From Terriglobia bacterium (GTDB lineage Bacteria > Acidobacteriota > Polarisedimenticolia > Polarisedimenticolales > JAIQFR01), in assembly GCA_963748015.1 (NCBI GenBank), contig CAVVHE010000004.1, positions 2,080,001 through 2,144,000 of the forward strand: DNA of 64,000 nt, read 5' to 3'. Shown in pieces: positions 36,872 through 51,605 of this stretch. The notes beneath the pieces were generated by a model. The model did not search any database. It saw only the letters and a list, made by a program, of their open reading frames with translations, and was not told where the DNA came from. The position numbers and the translations under genes were made by a program. The stretch's first letter is position 1; every line of letters starts with the position of its first letter.

Positions 36872-37483
36872 TTACTTCAAGGCGAGCGCGTAATTCTCTT
36901 CGGCCTGCTCCCAGTTGACCACGTTCCACCAGGCCTCGACGTAATCGGGGCGGCGGTTCTGGTACTTGAGGTAGTAGGCGTGCTCCCAGACGTCGAGGCC
37001 GACAACGGGCTTCCCGCCGGTCATGACCGGCGTGTCCTGGTTCGGCGTCGAGTCCACGACCAGCTTGCCGTCCTGGACGAGGAGCCAGGCCCAGCCGGAG
37101 CCGAAACGGCCGGCCGCGGCCTGGGCGAACTTCGCCTTGAAGTCGGGGAACGATCCGAAGGTCGTCTGGATCGCACCGGCGAGACGGCCGACGGGCTCTC
37201 CGCCGCCCCCCTTCTTCATGAGCTTCCAGAAGAGATCGTGGTTGAAGTGCCCGCCGCCGTTGTTGCGGACGGCGGTGCGGGCCGACTCGGGCACCTTGCT
37301 CAGGTCGGCGAGGAGGGCCGGAAGCGCCAACGCGGAGAGGGCGGCCTGCCCTTCCAGCGCCTTGTTCAGGTTGGTGACGTAGGCCGCGTGGTGCTTGTCG
37401 TGGTGGATCTCCATCGTCCGCGCGTCGATGCAAGGCTCCAGCGCGTCGAACGAATAGGGCAGTGCGGGCAACTCGTGGGCCAT
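36872..37483 (-). CDS. sodA: Mn-type superoxide dismutase, paralog 1
   Basis: [29 protein letters not shown]. Confidence 0.95.
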   Translation of the reverse strand: MAHELPALPYSFDALEPCIDARTMEIHHDKHHAAYVTNLNKALEGQAALSALALPALLADLSKVPESARTAVRNNGGGHFNHDLFWKLMKKGGGGEPVGRLAGAIQTTFGSFPDFKAKFAQAAAGRFGSGWAWLLVQDGKLVVDSTPNQDTPVMTGGKPVVGLDVWEHAYYLKYQNRRPDYVEAWWNVVNWEQAEENYALALK

Positions 37484-37615
37484 CCAAATCCTCCCGGGTT
37501 CGAACCCTCTATATAGCGGACAATTTCAGTCCTCATTCTAGAGGGCCGCCGTCGAGTCGGCAAGTGGCCAGGATCCGCCTGCGCCGTCCGGGAGAGCGTG
37601 TAGAATCGACCGCAC

Positions 37616-38578
37616 ATGTCGCAGTCACGAATCGCCGTCATCGCGCTGGCGCTCGCCGCGCTCCCCCTGGGAGCGGCTAGAGCGGAGGAGCCGCCGACGG
37701 CGGCGTCTACCGGCGCGCCGCAAACGGAGACGGCCGCGCTCGACCGCGTCGGGTTGTACCTCGCGAGCCAGCCGGATTACGCCGCGCTGCAGCTCGACAC
37801 GGCGGGCCGCACGTCGCCGGACGCTCCCTACCGCCTGGTCGTGATCCACGGCGGGCGCCCGGTTCTGGATTTCGGCCTGCGCAACGAGCGAAAGCTCGTA
37901 CCGGCGGGCGAGGGTCAGGGAGAGAGGACGTTCGAAGAGGGGATCATCGACAACGCCGAGGTCGCCCCCGACGGGAGGTCGGCCGCGATCCTCTCCACCC
38001 AGTACCGGCGGCCCGCCGAGGACGGCGCGCAGAGCCCCGACGGTAGCGAGCCGCCCCGGCCGGTCGGCACCTCGGTCGTCTCCTGGGTGGACGCGAAGCG
38101 TCCCGAGGCGCGATTCAGCGTCAAGGTGGAAGCGGGGCGCTGGGTGAAGGAGCTCCTCCCGCTCGCCGCGGGGGCGGGGCTCGCGCTGTCCACCACGCGA
38201 GGTCTCACCGCTCCGGCGGACTTCGAGCTCTACGGCCCCGACGGGCGCGAGGCCTTCCACATCGGCGAAGCCGAGGGCTCGGTGACCGACCTCACCTCCA
38301 CGAACAACGGCGCGTTCCTCGCGGTGAGCCTCGCGTACCCCGAGCGCCCCGGCCTCCCGCAGATGGGAATCCTCGTGCTCGACCTCCTCCGCGGGACCCG
38401 CTGGGCCTATACCTGGTCGTACGGAGAAGCGGGCGATCCGATCTCTTGGAGCCTAGAGGACAGCGGCGTGCTCGAGGTGAAGGTCCCCGGCAAGATCGTC
38501 CGCTACGATCGGAACGGCGCGCCGCTCCGCTCCGACGGCGGCTCCGGCAAGCGCAAGGGCAAGACGGGGCGAGCGTGA
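37616..38578 (+). CDS. Hypothetical exported protein (beta-rich)
   Basis: Signal peptide IAVIALALAALPLGAARA; codon bias. Confidence 0.7.
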   Translation: MSQSRIAVIALALAALPLGAARAEEPPTAASTGAPQTETAALDRVGLYLASQPDYAALQLDTAGRTSPDAPYRLVVIHGGRPVLDFGLRNERKLVPAGEGQGERTFEEGIIDNAEVAPDGRSAAILSTQYRRPAEDGAQSPDGSEPPRPVGTSVVSWVDAKRPEARFSVKVEAGRWVKELLPLAAGAGLALSTTRGLTAPADFELYGPDGREAFHIGEAEGSVTDLTSTNNGAFLAVSLAYPERPGLPQMGILVLDLLRGTRWAYTWSYGEAGDPISWSLEDSGVLEVKVPGKIVRYDRNGAPLRSDGGSGKRKGKTGRA

Positions 38579-38670
38579 TCGAAGCGCGGGGCCTCCGGAA
38601 GTCGTTCGGCGCGATCGGAGCCGCCGGTTTAGCGCCGCGCGCCTTTCGCCTCGCCCGCGCCGACGGCTAG
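38575..38670 (+). pseudogene. N-terminal remnant of an ABC ATP-binding protein
   Basis: GTGA-coupled start reading MIEARGLRKSFG, then no Walker A and a stop after 31 codons. Confidence 0.45.
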
Positions 38671-38692
38671 GCCCGGTCTCCGGCTCCCGGCG

Positions 38693-40021
38693 CTAGCGTG
38701 ACCCGCTCGCCGCCTTTCGCGGCGACAGCAAGGCGCGGAGCAGGTCGGGCAACCGGTCGCCGGCGTCTCCCGCGACGACCGCCACGCGGTCGCCGGACCT
38801 CTTGAAGGCGAGGCCGGGACGGGAGGGCAGCGACGCCGCGAACTCCTCGGCGTCGCGCTTCGTGTCCCAAGCCGTGGCGAGCAGGACGACGCGCTTACCG
38901 TCCTGGGCCCAGAGCTCCCAGCGGTCGCCGCCCCATCCCGCCGCGGCGGCGTTGGTCCAGGCCTCGCCTCCCACGAAGGACCCCGCGTCCGCCAGGGAAG
39001 GCGTCGGCGCCCCGACGATCACGCCCAGCGTCAGCTCGCCGAGGACGCCGGTGCCCTCCTTCCGCCAGCCCTCCCCGAGACGCTGTCCCGCGTCTCCGAG
39101 CACGACGCGGCGCGGACGGTCGCGCTTCGTCGCGTCCCAGTACTTCTCGGGATGGAGGATCTGCTCCGAGGATTCGGGACCTTCGCGGTACGCGCGATCG
39201 GCGTCCTCGGCGGGGAAGGTGCCGAGCCCCATCGCGCCGCCCTTGCCGCGGAGAAGGAACCTCGCGCCGAGGAAGTACGCGCCCAGGAGCTGCCGCCGCA
39301 AGGCGGGGGCCATCGCCTGGAGCTTCTCCCCTTTCCCCGCCTCGCTCTCCGAGAGCTCCTGCAGGTCGGTCGCCTTGAGCCGCCCCTCGATCGCGGCGCG
39401 CGCCCCGTAGAGGGCCATCACGAGCGTCGCGCTCCCCTCGTGAACCGCGCTTCGCGCGAAGATCTCGTCGTCGTCCCCCTTCACCGCGTTGAGACGCCCG
39501 TCCAGGTCGAAGTGCTGGTCCTCGAGGGCGTGGGTCAGCTCGTGCGAGGTGAGAAACGGGCCGACGCCTCGCGGCATGTGCCCCAGCAGGAAGAACGAGC
39601 CGGACTCCGGGTCGTAGAACCCGCCGGCCTGCTCGTCGAGAACATCGAGGTAGACCGCGAGCACGTCGGTGCTGGTCGGAACGAGGCCGAGAAGGACGTA
39701 GGCGGCCTGCTGGGCGCGGAGGTCCTCGTCGGTCGCGAAGAGGTGAAGGCGCTTCGTCGCGTAGGCACGCGCTTCCCCGTTGTCGATGATTCGCGCGGAC
39801 ACCGGCCGCTTGAATCGCAGCCCGCGGATCTGCTCGACCCGCGGCGAGACCTCCGCGATCAGCGCCTTGGGCTCGACCGTCCCGGCCACGGCCTCGGGCG
39901 GAGCCTCGGGGACGGGGTCGCCGCCGGTCGCGGCCGCCGCGCCCGTCGAGACCAGGAGGGCGGCGGAGAGCGCCAGCAGGGTGTTGAGGACCTTCGCGGA
40001 CACCCGTCGAGCTTTCAGCAT
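38693..40021 (-). CDS. Exported zincin-like metallopeptidase/surface protein
   Basis: Signal peptide, VEQIRGLRF, GFYDP, HELTHALEDQHF, VHEGSAT, SSEQILHPEKY, AAAGWGGD. Confidence 0.75.
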   Translation of the reverse strand: MLKARRVSAKVLNTLLALSAALLVSTGAAAATGGDPVPEAPPEAVAGTVEPKALIAEVSPRVEQIRGLRFKRPVSARIIDNGEARAYATKRLHLFATDEDLRAQQAAYVLLGLVPTSTDVLAVYLDVLDEQAGGFYDPESGSFFLLGHMPRGVGPFLTSHELTHALEDQHFDLDGRLNAVKGDDDEIFARSAVHEGSATLVMALYGARAAIEGRLKATDLQELSESEAGKGEKLQAMAPALRRQLLGAYFLGARFLLRGKGGAMGLGTFPAEDADRAYREGPESSEQILHPEKYWDATKRDRPRRVVLGDAGQRLGEGWRKEGTGVLGELTLGVIVGAPTPSLADAGSFVGGEAWTNAAAAGWGGDRWELWAQDGKRVVLLATAWDTKRDAEEFAASLPSRPGLAFKRSGDRVAVVAGDAGDRLPDLLRALLSPRKAASGSR

Positions 40022-40119
40022 CGCCGCCTCGTCGAGCCACCGATCGCCGGTGCATCGTGGACCTCGGACAGTCTATCCTTCCCCGGGCCTTGGCCGCCCG
40101 GCGCGGGAGGGAAGGAGAC

Positions 40120-40926
40120 TTGACGGCTCCGAGGGAGGACGTTCTGGACCGGTGGCTCGACGCGCTCGAGGCGCGTCATCTGGCCGATCTGTCGTTCGCG
40201 GAGGTCCGGCACGGGCTCCAGGCGCTCTCGTCGCTCTACGTCGAGCGGCGCGACCGCGCGCCTCTCTCCGACGCCTTCCGCGGCGCCGGAAAGCGCGCGG
40301 CGTACGCCCTGTTCTACGGGCCGCTTCATTTCCTGGCCGTGCGGCGCATCGTTCGCGAGCTCGCGGCGGGCTCTCCCGCGCCGGAGAGGATTCTCGATCT
40401 CGGCTGCGGGACGGGAGCCGCCGGGGCCGCCTGGGCGATCGAGGCGGGAGGCGCGCCCGAGGTGCTCGGGTTGGACCGGGCCGAATGGGCCGTCGAGGAG
40501 ACCGCTCTGGCGCTCCGCTCTCTCGGGGTGCGCGGCCGGTCCCGCCGCGCCGACCTGGGTCGGCTGCCCCTTCCCGGCGGTTTCGCTGCGGTGGTCGCCG
40601 CCTACACCCTGAACGAGGTCGAGGCCGCCGTGCGCGAAGGGCTGATCGAGAAGTTGATTGCGGCCGCATCGGGCGGCGCGCGGGTGCTGATCGTCGAGCC
40701 CGTTTCCCGCCGGGCGGCGCCCTGGTGGGAGCGATCGTCCGCCGCGATCCGGTCGGCCGGGGGCCGCGACGACACCTGGCGATTCCCCGGCGGCCTGCCC
40801 GACCGGCTCCTGCGCCTCGGCCGCGCCGCGGGCCTCGATCCCCGGGAGATCTCGGCCCGAACCCTGTGGATCGGGAACCCAGGCCACGATCGGGCCATCC
40901 CTTCGCCCCGCGACGTCTCATCCTGA
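40120..40926 (+). CDS. Class I SAM-dependent methyltransferase
   Basis: ILDLGCGTGAA, AYTLNE, LIVEP; TTG start after a GAAGGAG RBS. Confidence 0.8.
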   Translation: MTAPREDVLDRWLDALEARHLADLSFAEVRHGLQALSSLYVERRDRAPLSDAFRGAGKRAAYALFYGPLHFLAVRRIVRELAAGSPAPERILDLGCGTGAAGAAWAIEAGGAPEVLGLDRAEWAVEETALALRSLGVRGRSRRADLGRLPLPGGFAAVVAAYTLNEVEAAVREGLIEKLIAAASGGARVLIVEPVSRRAAPWWERSSAAIRSAGGRDDTWRFPGGLPDRLLRLGRAAGLDPREISARTLWIGNPGHDRAIPSPRDVSS

Positions 40927-40971
40927 GACTTTCCGGCCCAAATTGAACGCGCGCTGGCGTATATTCATGCC

Positions 40972-45844
<4,873 letters not shown>

Positions 45845-46018
45845 ATTCACATTTGCATTTTCATAATCATGCATAGTCAATCAGTGCTCGATTTTGCGCC
45901 GTTTTCCGGACTCTCCGGGTTCCCCGTACCAACAGCGTAATCGCCCTGGCGAGTCACCTTCGCCGTTGTCGGCGTAGGCCGCCGTTACAACCCGGGCGTT
46001 ACCCATTTCACTATTGAA

Positions 46019-46031
46019 TCTCATTTTGAGA
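46019..46031. promoter_or_regulatory. Palindrome TCTCA-TTT-TGAGA in an AT-rich intergenic region; possible regulator binding site
   Basis: Inverted repeat about 70 bp upstream of 46102. Confidence 0.35.
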
Positions 46032-46101
46032 ATGGTACATTCGACTGTGAACATGAAGACGAAACGCCACTCATCGCATACTTCCTGATTAGGAGTTAAA
46101 T

Positions 46102-46476
46102 ATGCGAACCAGGCCGACTCGAACCTCGATGCTTCTCGCCACCGCGCTGGTGCTCTTCGCTGCGATGCCGTCGCTCGCGTTCGCGGACACCGCGATCTGG
46201 TCGGCGGCGCCCGCCGCGGTTCAGTCGTCGCCTAACGTGGTGAGTGTCGCGGTGACCTACGCGGGCAGGAACCCCGCGACGGGCGCCGTGACCGTTCAGG
46301 CCGTGGTGGACGGGGTCGTGATCACCAGCTACGTGCCGGTCTCGCTCTTGTCGGGGCAGACCTTGGTGGTCCCGGTGGCCTTCGCCGGAACCGTGCAGAA
46401 CGTGATGAGCGTCTCGGCCGGCGGCGGGTCGCCCGTCACGGTCAGCGTGATCGGCGACGATTTGAATCCATTCTGA
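46102..46476 (+). CDS. Small secreted beta-rich protein ending DDLNPF
   Basis: AGGAG RBS, signal peptide LLATALVLFAAMPSLAFA; hairpin at 46492-46516 downstream. Confidence 0.75.
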   Translation: MRTRPTRTSMLLATALVLFAAMPSLAFADTAIWSAAPAAVQSSPNVVSVAVTYAGRNPATGAVTVQAVVDGVVITSYVPVSLLSGQTLVVPVAFAGTVQNVMSVSAGGGSPVTVSVIGDDLNPF

Positions 46477-46656
46477 CTCTTGCTAGTGACTGGCTCCCCT
46501 GCCCCCCACGGGAGCCCGGTCCCTTAGGCGTCCGCCAGCTCCTTCACGGGTCCGATGCTGGCGGACGCCGTTTTTTTTCCGCCGCTCGACTTTCCCGCTC
46601 CAAACACCCGCCCACGGTCTGGCATCATCTTCCCGGGCCGATGCTCCCCGTGAGCC

Positions 46657-47184
46657 GTGAGCCCGGAGCGCTGCACCGTGATCTTCCGGATCGACAAGAC
46701 CTGGGATGGGCTTCCGATCGAACCCGGCGAGGCGGCCCGCACGGAGATCTTCGCCGACCGCGACCGCGTGGTCGTGAGCGTCGAGTCGCCGTTCCACGCC
46801 GATCCGCCTCCCGCCTCCCCGCCGGGTCCGACCGACCGCCTCTGGGAGCACGAGGTCGTCGAGGTCTTTCTGCTCGGCCGCGACGACGCCTACCTCGAGC
46901 TCGAGCTGGGGCCTCACGGACACCACCTCGTCCTCGAGCTTCGGGGAGTCCGGAACGTCGTGCGGCGCGGCCTACCGCTCGACTACCGGAGCCGGATCGA
47001 AGGCTCCCGCTGGAGCGGCGTGGCGACGTTCCCGCGCGCCTGGCTTCCCGCGGGCCTCGACCGGGGCAATGCGTACGCGATCCACGGCGCGGGACGGTCG
47101 CGGCGCCACCTCGCCGCGTTCCCGGTCCCGGGCGACGCCCCCGACTTCCACCGCCTCGCCGACTTCGGCGCGTTCAGCTTCTAG
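46657..47184 (+). CDS. UPF0462/C4orf33-like protein
   Basis: LWEHEVVEVF..YLELELGPHGHHLVL..NAYAIHG..PDFHRL resembles that family (recognised from memory). Confidence 0.6.
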   Translation: MSPERCTVIFRIDKTWDGLPIEPGEAARTEIFADRDRVVVSVESPFHADPPPASPPGPTDRLWEHEVVEVFLLGRDDAYLELELGPHGHHLVLELRGVRNVVRRGLPLDYRSRIEGSRWSGVATFPRAWLPAGLDRGNAYAIHGAGRSRRHLAAFPVPGDAPDFHRLADFGAFSF

Positions 47185-47292
47185 AGGTCGCGCGGGCCTT
47201 TGCGGGCCTACCTCGCTTCGGGTAGATTGGCCGAACGACGACCGTTTCGCGGCGGGACGGAGAGAAAGCCCGAGCACCAAGGAGGAATCGCG

Positions 47293-49578
47293 ATGGCCGT
47301 GATCGAGAGCACGCCGGACTTCGTGAAGACGGCTTACGGCAAGATCGAGAGGAACCTCGAGATCGTCCGGGAGCGGCTTCGCCGGCCGCTGACGCTCGCC
47401 GAGAAGGTGCTTCTCGGCCACCTCGCCGACCCCGCCAAGGCCGACCTGCGCCCCGGCGAGAGCTACCTCGGGCTCCGGCCCGACCGGGTCGCGATGCAGG
47501 ACGCCACCGCGCAGATGGCGATCCTCCAGTTCGGCCAGGCCGGCATCCCGCGCGTCGCGGTGCCGACCACGGTCCACTGCGATCACCTGATCCGCGCGCA
47601 CGACGGCGCCGAGAAGGACACCGCCCGCGCGATCGACGAGAACCGGGAGGTTTACGATTTCCTCAGGACCGCGTCGGGCCGCTACGGGATCGGCTTCTGG
47701 AAGCCCGGCGCCGGGATCATCCACCAGGTCGTGCTGGAGAACTACGCGTTCCCCGGCGGGATGATGATCGGGACCGACTCGCACACGCCGAACGCGGGCG
47801 GCCTCGGGATGTTCGCCTCGGGGGTCGGCGGCGCCGACGCCGTCGACGTCATGGCCGGCTTCCCGTGGGAGGTGAAGTACCCGAAGATCATCGGCGTGCG
47901 GCTGACCGGGAAGCTCTCCGGCTGGACCGCGCCCAAGGACGTGATCCTCCTCCTGTGCGGCATCCTGACCGTCAAGGGCGGGACCAACGCGGTCATCGAG
48001 TACTTCGGCCCGGGCGTCGGGTCGATCTCCTGCACCGGCAAGGCGACGATCACCAACATGGGCGCCGAGCTGGGCGCGACGACCTCGATCTTCCCGTTCG
48101 ACGCCACGATGGACGCGTACCTGCGCGGGACCTCTCGGGCGGCGCTGGCCGACCTCGCCCTCGCGCACGGCGGCCTCCTCGCCGCCGACCCCGAGGTCGA
48201 GCGGGACCCCGGCAAGTTCTTCTCGCGCGTCGTCGAGATCGACCTCTCGACCCTCGAGCCGCACCTCGTCGGCCCGCACACCCCCGACCTGGCCCGCCCG
48301 GTCTCGAAAATGGCCGAGGCGGTCGCGAAGGAAGGGTATCCCGACGAGATCTCGGTCGCGCTGATCGGCTCGTGCACCAACTCGTCCTACGAGGACATCT
48401 CGCGCGTCGCCGACGTGGTGCGCCAGGCGAAGGCTCGCGGGATGCGCGCGGTGGCCCCGTTCCTGGTCACCCCCGGCTCCGAGCAGATCCGCGCGACGAT
48501 CGCGCGGGACGGGCAGCTCGAGCAGCTCGAGTCGGTCGGGGGCCAGGTCCTCGCCAACGCCTGCGGGCCCTGCATCGGGCAGTGGCAGCGCGACGAGCTG
48601 AAGCCGGGGGTCAAGAACACGATCGTCACCTCGTTCAACCGGAACTTCCCGCGCCGCAACGACGGCAGCCCCGACACGCTGGCGTTCATCGGCAGCCCCG
48701 AGATCGTCGCCGCTTACGCCATCGCCGGCCGCCTGTCGTGGAACCCGCTGACCGATCCGCTCGAGGCCCCCGACGGGACGAAGTTCCGCCTCGCGGCCCC
48801 CGGCGCCGCGCCGGACCTCCCCGCGGGCGGCTTCGTCCGCGACGAGCACGGCTACCTCGCTCCCCCGGAGGACGGCAGCCGCGTCGACGTCCACGTTTCC
48901 CCGGACAGCAAGCGCCTGCAGCTCCTCTCGCCGTTCGCCCCGTGGGACGGGAAGAGCTTCGAGAAGCTGCCGCTGCTCGTGAAGGCCAAGGGGAAGTGCA
49001 CCACGGACCACATCTCCCCCGCGGGCCCCTGGCTGCGCTTCCGCGGCCACCTCGACAACATCTCGGACAACATGTTCATCGGGGCGGCGAACGCGTTCTC
49101 GGGAGAGGCGGGAAAAACGCGGAACCCGCTCACCGGCGAGGCCGGGCAAGCCGTCCCGGCCGTCGCGCGCGCTCTCAAGGCCCAGGGGATCCGCTGGATC
49201 GTCGTCGGCGACGAGAACTACGGCGAGGGCTCGAGCCGCGAGCACGCGGCGATGTCCCCGCGCCACCTCGGGGCCGCCGCGGTGATCGTCCGCTCGTTCG
49301 CCCGGATCCACGAGTCGAACCTGAAGAAGCAGGGGATCCTTCCGCTCACGTTCGCGGAGCCGGCGGACTACGACAAGGTGCGGGAGACCGACCGGATCAG
49401 CGTCCTCGGACTCGAGGACTTGGCGCCGGGCAAGCCCCTGGCGGCGGTCCTCCACCACGACGACGGCTCGGAGGACCGCATCTCGCTGAAGCACACGCTC
49501 AACGACGAGCAGATCGGCTGGTTCCGCGCCGGCTCGGCGCTGAACGTCCTGAAGCGGCACGGCGGCGCGAGCGCCTAG
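47293..49578 (+). CDS. acnA: Aconitate hydratase (mitochondrial-type AcnA)
   Basis: [63 protein letters not shown]. Confidence 0.95.
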   Translation: MAVIESTPDFVKTAYGKIERNLEIVRERLRRPLTLAEKVLLGHLADPAKADLRPGESYLGLRPDRVAMQDATAQMAILQFGQAGIPRVAVPTTVHCDHLIRAHDGAEKDTARAIDENREVYDFLRTASGRYGIGFWKPGAGIIHQVVLENYAFPGGMMIGTDSHTPNAGGLGMFASGVGGADAVDVMAGFPWEVKYPKIIGVRLTGKLSGWTAPKDVILLLCGILTVKGGTNAVIEYFGPGVGSISCTGKATITNMGAELGATTSIFPFDATMDAYLRGTSRAALADLALAHGGLLAADPEVERDPGKFFSRVVEIDLSTLEPHLVGPHTPDLARPVSKMAEAVAKEGYPDEISVALIGSCTNSSYEDISRVADVVRQAKARGMRAVAPFLVTPGSEQIRATIARDGQLEQLESVGGQVLANACGPCIGQWQRDELKPGVKNTIVTSFNRNFPRRNDGSPDTLAFIGSPEIVAAYAIAGRLSWNPLTDPLEAPDGTKFRLAAPGAAPDLPAGGFVRDEHGYLAPPEDGSRVDVHVSPDSKRLQLLSPFAPWDGKSFEKLPLLVKAKGKCTTDHISPAGPWLRFRGHLDNISDNMFIGAANAFSGEAGKTRNPLTGEAGQAVPAVARALKAQGIRWIVVGDENYGEGSSREHAAMSPRHLGAAAVIVRSFARIHESNLKKQGILPLTFAEPADYDKVRETDRISVLGLEDLAPGKPLAAVLHHDDGSEDRISLKHTLNDEQIGWFRAGSALNVLKRHGGASA

Positions 49579-49590
49579 CCCGGATCGAGC

Positions 49591-50547
49591 ATGTCGAGCC
49601 GCCCCGATCCCAAGGCCGCCGAGCGCTCCGGCGCGCTCCGCTGCGCGGGCCTCGTCAAGCGATACGCCGACGTCGTCGCGGTCGCCGGGCTCGACCTCGA
49701 GATCTCGTACCGCGAGTGCTTCGGCCTCCTCGGCCCGAACGGCGCCGGGAAGACCACCACGGTCGAGATCCTCGAGGGCCTGACCTCTCCCGACGAGGGG
49801 ACGGTCGAGATCCTCGGCGACCGCTGGGGAGGCGGCGGCGACCACGCGCTGCGGGAGCGGCTGGGCATCCAGCTCCAGGAGACGCAGCTCCCCGAGAAGC
49901 TCACGGTCGAGGAGACCGCGAGGCTCTTCCGCAGCTTCTACCGCCGCGGGCGGAGCGTGGACGAGATCATCGCGCGCGTCGGGCTCGAGGAGAAGCGCAA
50001 GGGCCGCGTCGGCAAGCTCTCGGGAGGCCAGAAGCAGCGTCTCGCCCTCGCCTGCGCACTGGTGAGCGACCCCGAGCTGCTCTTCCTCGACGAGCCGACG
50101 ACCGGCCTCGATCCCCAGGCGCGCCTCAAGGTGTGGGAGATCGTGGAAGGGTTCCGGGAGGCCGGCGGGACCGTGCTCCTCACGACCCACTACATGGAGG
50201 AGGCTGCGCGCCTCTGCGACCGGGTGGCGATCATGGACCACGGCAAGATCATCGCGCTCGGCACGCCGGCCGAGCTGATCGCGTCGCTCGGAGGAAGACA
50301 GATCGTCGAGTTCCGGACGCAGGGAGAACCGGACGGCGCCGGTCTCGAGCGGCTTCCCGGCGTGAGGTCGGTGTCCCGGAAGGACAGCGGCTTCATGCTC
50401 GCGGTCGAGGAGATCGGGACCGCGCTCCCCGCGCTGTTCGCCGAGCTCGGCCGGCACGGCATCCGCGTCGAGACGCTGCGGACGCACCAGGCGTCCCTCG
50501 AGGACGTGTTCGTCCACCTCACGGGACGGGAGCTCCGCAATGAGTGA
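49591..50547 (+). CDS. ABC-2 transporter ATP-binding protein
   Basis: GPNGAGKT, LSGGQ, FLDEPT, TTH. Confidence 0.93.
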   Translation: MSSRPDPKAAERSGALRCAGLVKRYADVVAVAGLDLEISYRECFGLLGPNGAGKTTTVEILEGLTSPDEGTVEILGDRWGGGGDHALRERLGIQLQETQLPEKLTVEETARLFRSFYRRGRSVDEIIARVGLEEKRKGRVGKLSGGQKQRLALACALVSDPELLFLDEPTTGLDPQARLKVWEIVEGFREAGGTVLLTTHYMEEAARLCDRVAIMDHGKIIALGTPAELIASLGGRQIVEFRTQGEPDGAGLERLPGVRSVSRKDSGFMLAVEEIGTALPALFAELGRHGIRVETLRTHQASLEDVFVHLTGRELRNE

Positions 50548-51601
50548 GCGGCCCCACCCCCTGCTCGAGCTGACCCGGTCGCGCATCCTCGAGTTCGTGC
50601 GCGAGCCCGAAGCGCTCTTCTGGGTGTTCGTGTTCCCGGTCCTGATGGCGGTCGTGCTCGGCATCGCGTTTCGCAACCGCCCGGTGGACGTCGCGCGCGT
50701 GGCGGTCACCGAGGAGCCGCCCGGCGCCGCGCGCCTCTTCGACCAGCTCAAGCGCTCGCCGGGCATCGACGCGCGCTTCCTCCCCTCGCTCGAGGCCGAG
50801 GAGGCCCTTCGCAAGGGGCGGGTGGACGTGATCGTGATCGCTGCGGGAGAGGCTCCCGACGGCCGCCCCGCCGTCGCCTACCGGTTCGACGCGACGCGCC
50901 CCGAGAGCCTCGCGTCCCGGCACGCCGCCGACGAGGCGCTGCAGCGGGCCGCGGGGCGAGGGGACGCGCTCGCGACCGCCGAGCAGCCGGTGACCGAGCC
51001 GGGGTCTCGCTACGTGGACTTCCTGATCCCGGGCCTCGTCGGGCTCAACCTGATGGGGAGCGGCATGTGGGGGATCGGCTTCTCGGTGGTGGTGGCGCGC
51101 ACGCGGAAGCTGCTCAAGCGCTTCGCGGCCACCCCGATGCGCAGGTCGCACTACCTGCTCTCGTTCGCGTTCTCGCGCCTCCTCTTCCTGACGCTCGAGG
51201 TGGTGGCCGTCATGGCCTTCGCGTGGGTCGCCTTCGGCGTGCGCGTGCGGGGGTCGCTCGTCGACGTCGCGATCGTGACGCTGCTCGGCGCCATGACGTT
51301 CGCGGGCCTCGGGCTCCTCGTCGCGGCCCGGCCGACCACGATCGAAGCCGTGCAGGGCTGGATGAACGCGGTGATGCTGCCGATGTGGCTGCTCTCGGGG
51401 ACCTTCTTCTCCTACGAGCGGTTCCCGGCCTTCCTCCACCCCGCGCTCCGCGCGCTTCCCCTCACCGCGCTGAACGACGCGCTCCGCGCCGTCGTCAACG
51501 ACGGCGCCTCGCTCGCCACGCGCTGGCCGGACCTGCTCGTCCTTCTGGCGTGGGGCAGCGTGAGCTTCGTCCTCGCCCTGCGGCTCTTCCGCTGGCAGTA
51601 G
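50540..51601 (+). CDS. ABC-2 transporter permease
   Basis: Six TM segments, RYVDFLIPG, LSGTFF, LPLT; overlaps the ATPase stop. Confidence 0.9.
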   Translation: MSERPHPLLELTRSRILEFVREPEALFWVFVFPVLMAVVLGIAFRNRPVDVARVAVTEEPPGAARLFDQLKRSPGIDARFLPSLEAEEALRKGRVDVIVIAAGEAPDGRPAVAYRFDATRPESLASRHAADEALQRAAGRGDALATAEQPVTEPGSRYVDFLIPGLVGLNLMGSGMWGIGFSVVVARTRKLLKRFAATPMRRSHYLLSFAFSRLLFLTLEVVAVMAFAWVAFGVRVRGSLVDVAIVTLLGAMTFAGLGLLVAARPTTIEAVQGWMNAVMLPMWLLSGTFFSYERFPAFLHPALRALPLTALNDALRAVVNDGASLATRWPDLLVLLAWGSVSFVLALRLFRWQ

Positions 51602-51605
51602 GCGC

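Noticed and set aside
45845..46101. Sigma54 promoter upstream of the small secreted protein
   Set aside because: The candidates TGGTAC (46033) and TGGCGA (45947) lack GC at the GG-N10-GC position.
46972..50814. Very long antisense ORFs (also 3647-6664, 43394-45880, 60012-63035 and the upstream part of 51606-55133)
   Set aside because: They are stop-poor shadows of GC3-rich genes on the opposite strand, with Arg/Gly/Pro-rich composition and no motifs.
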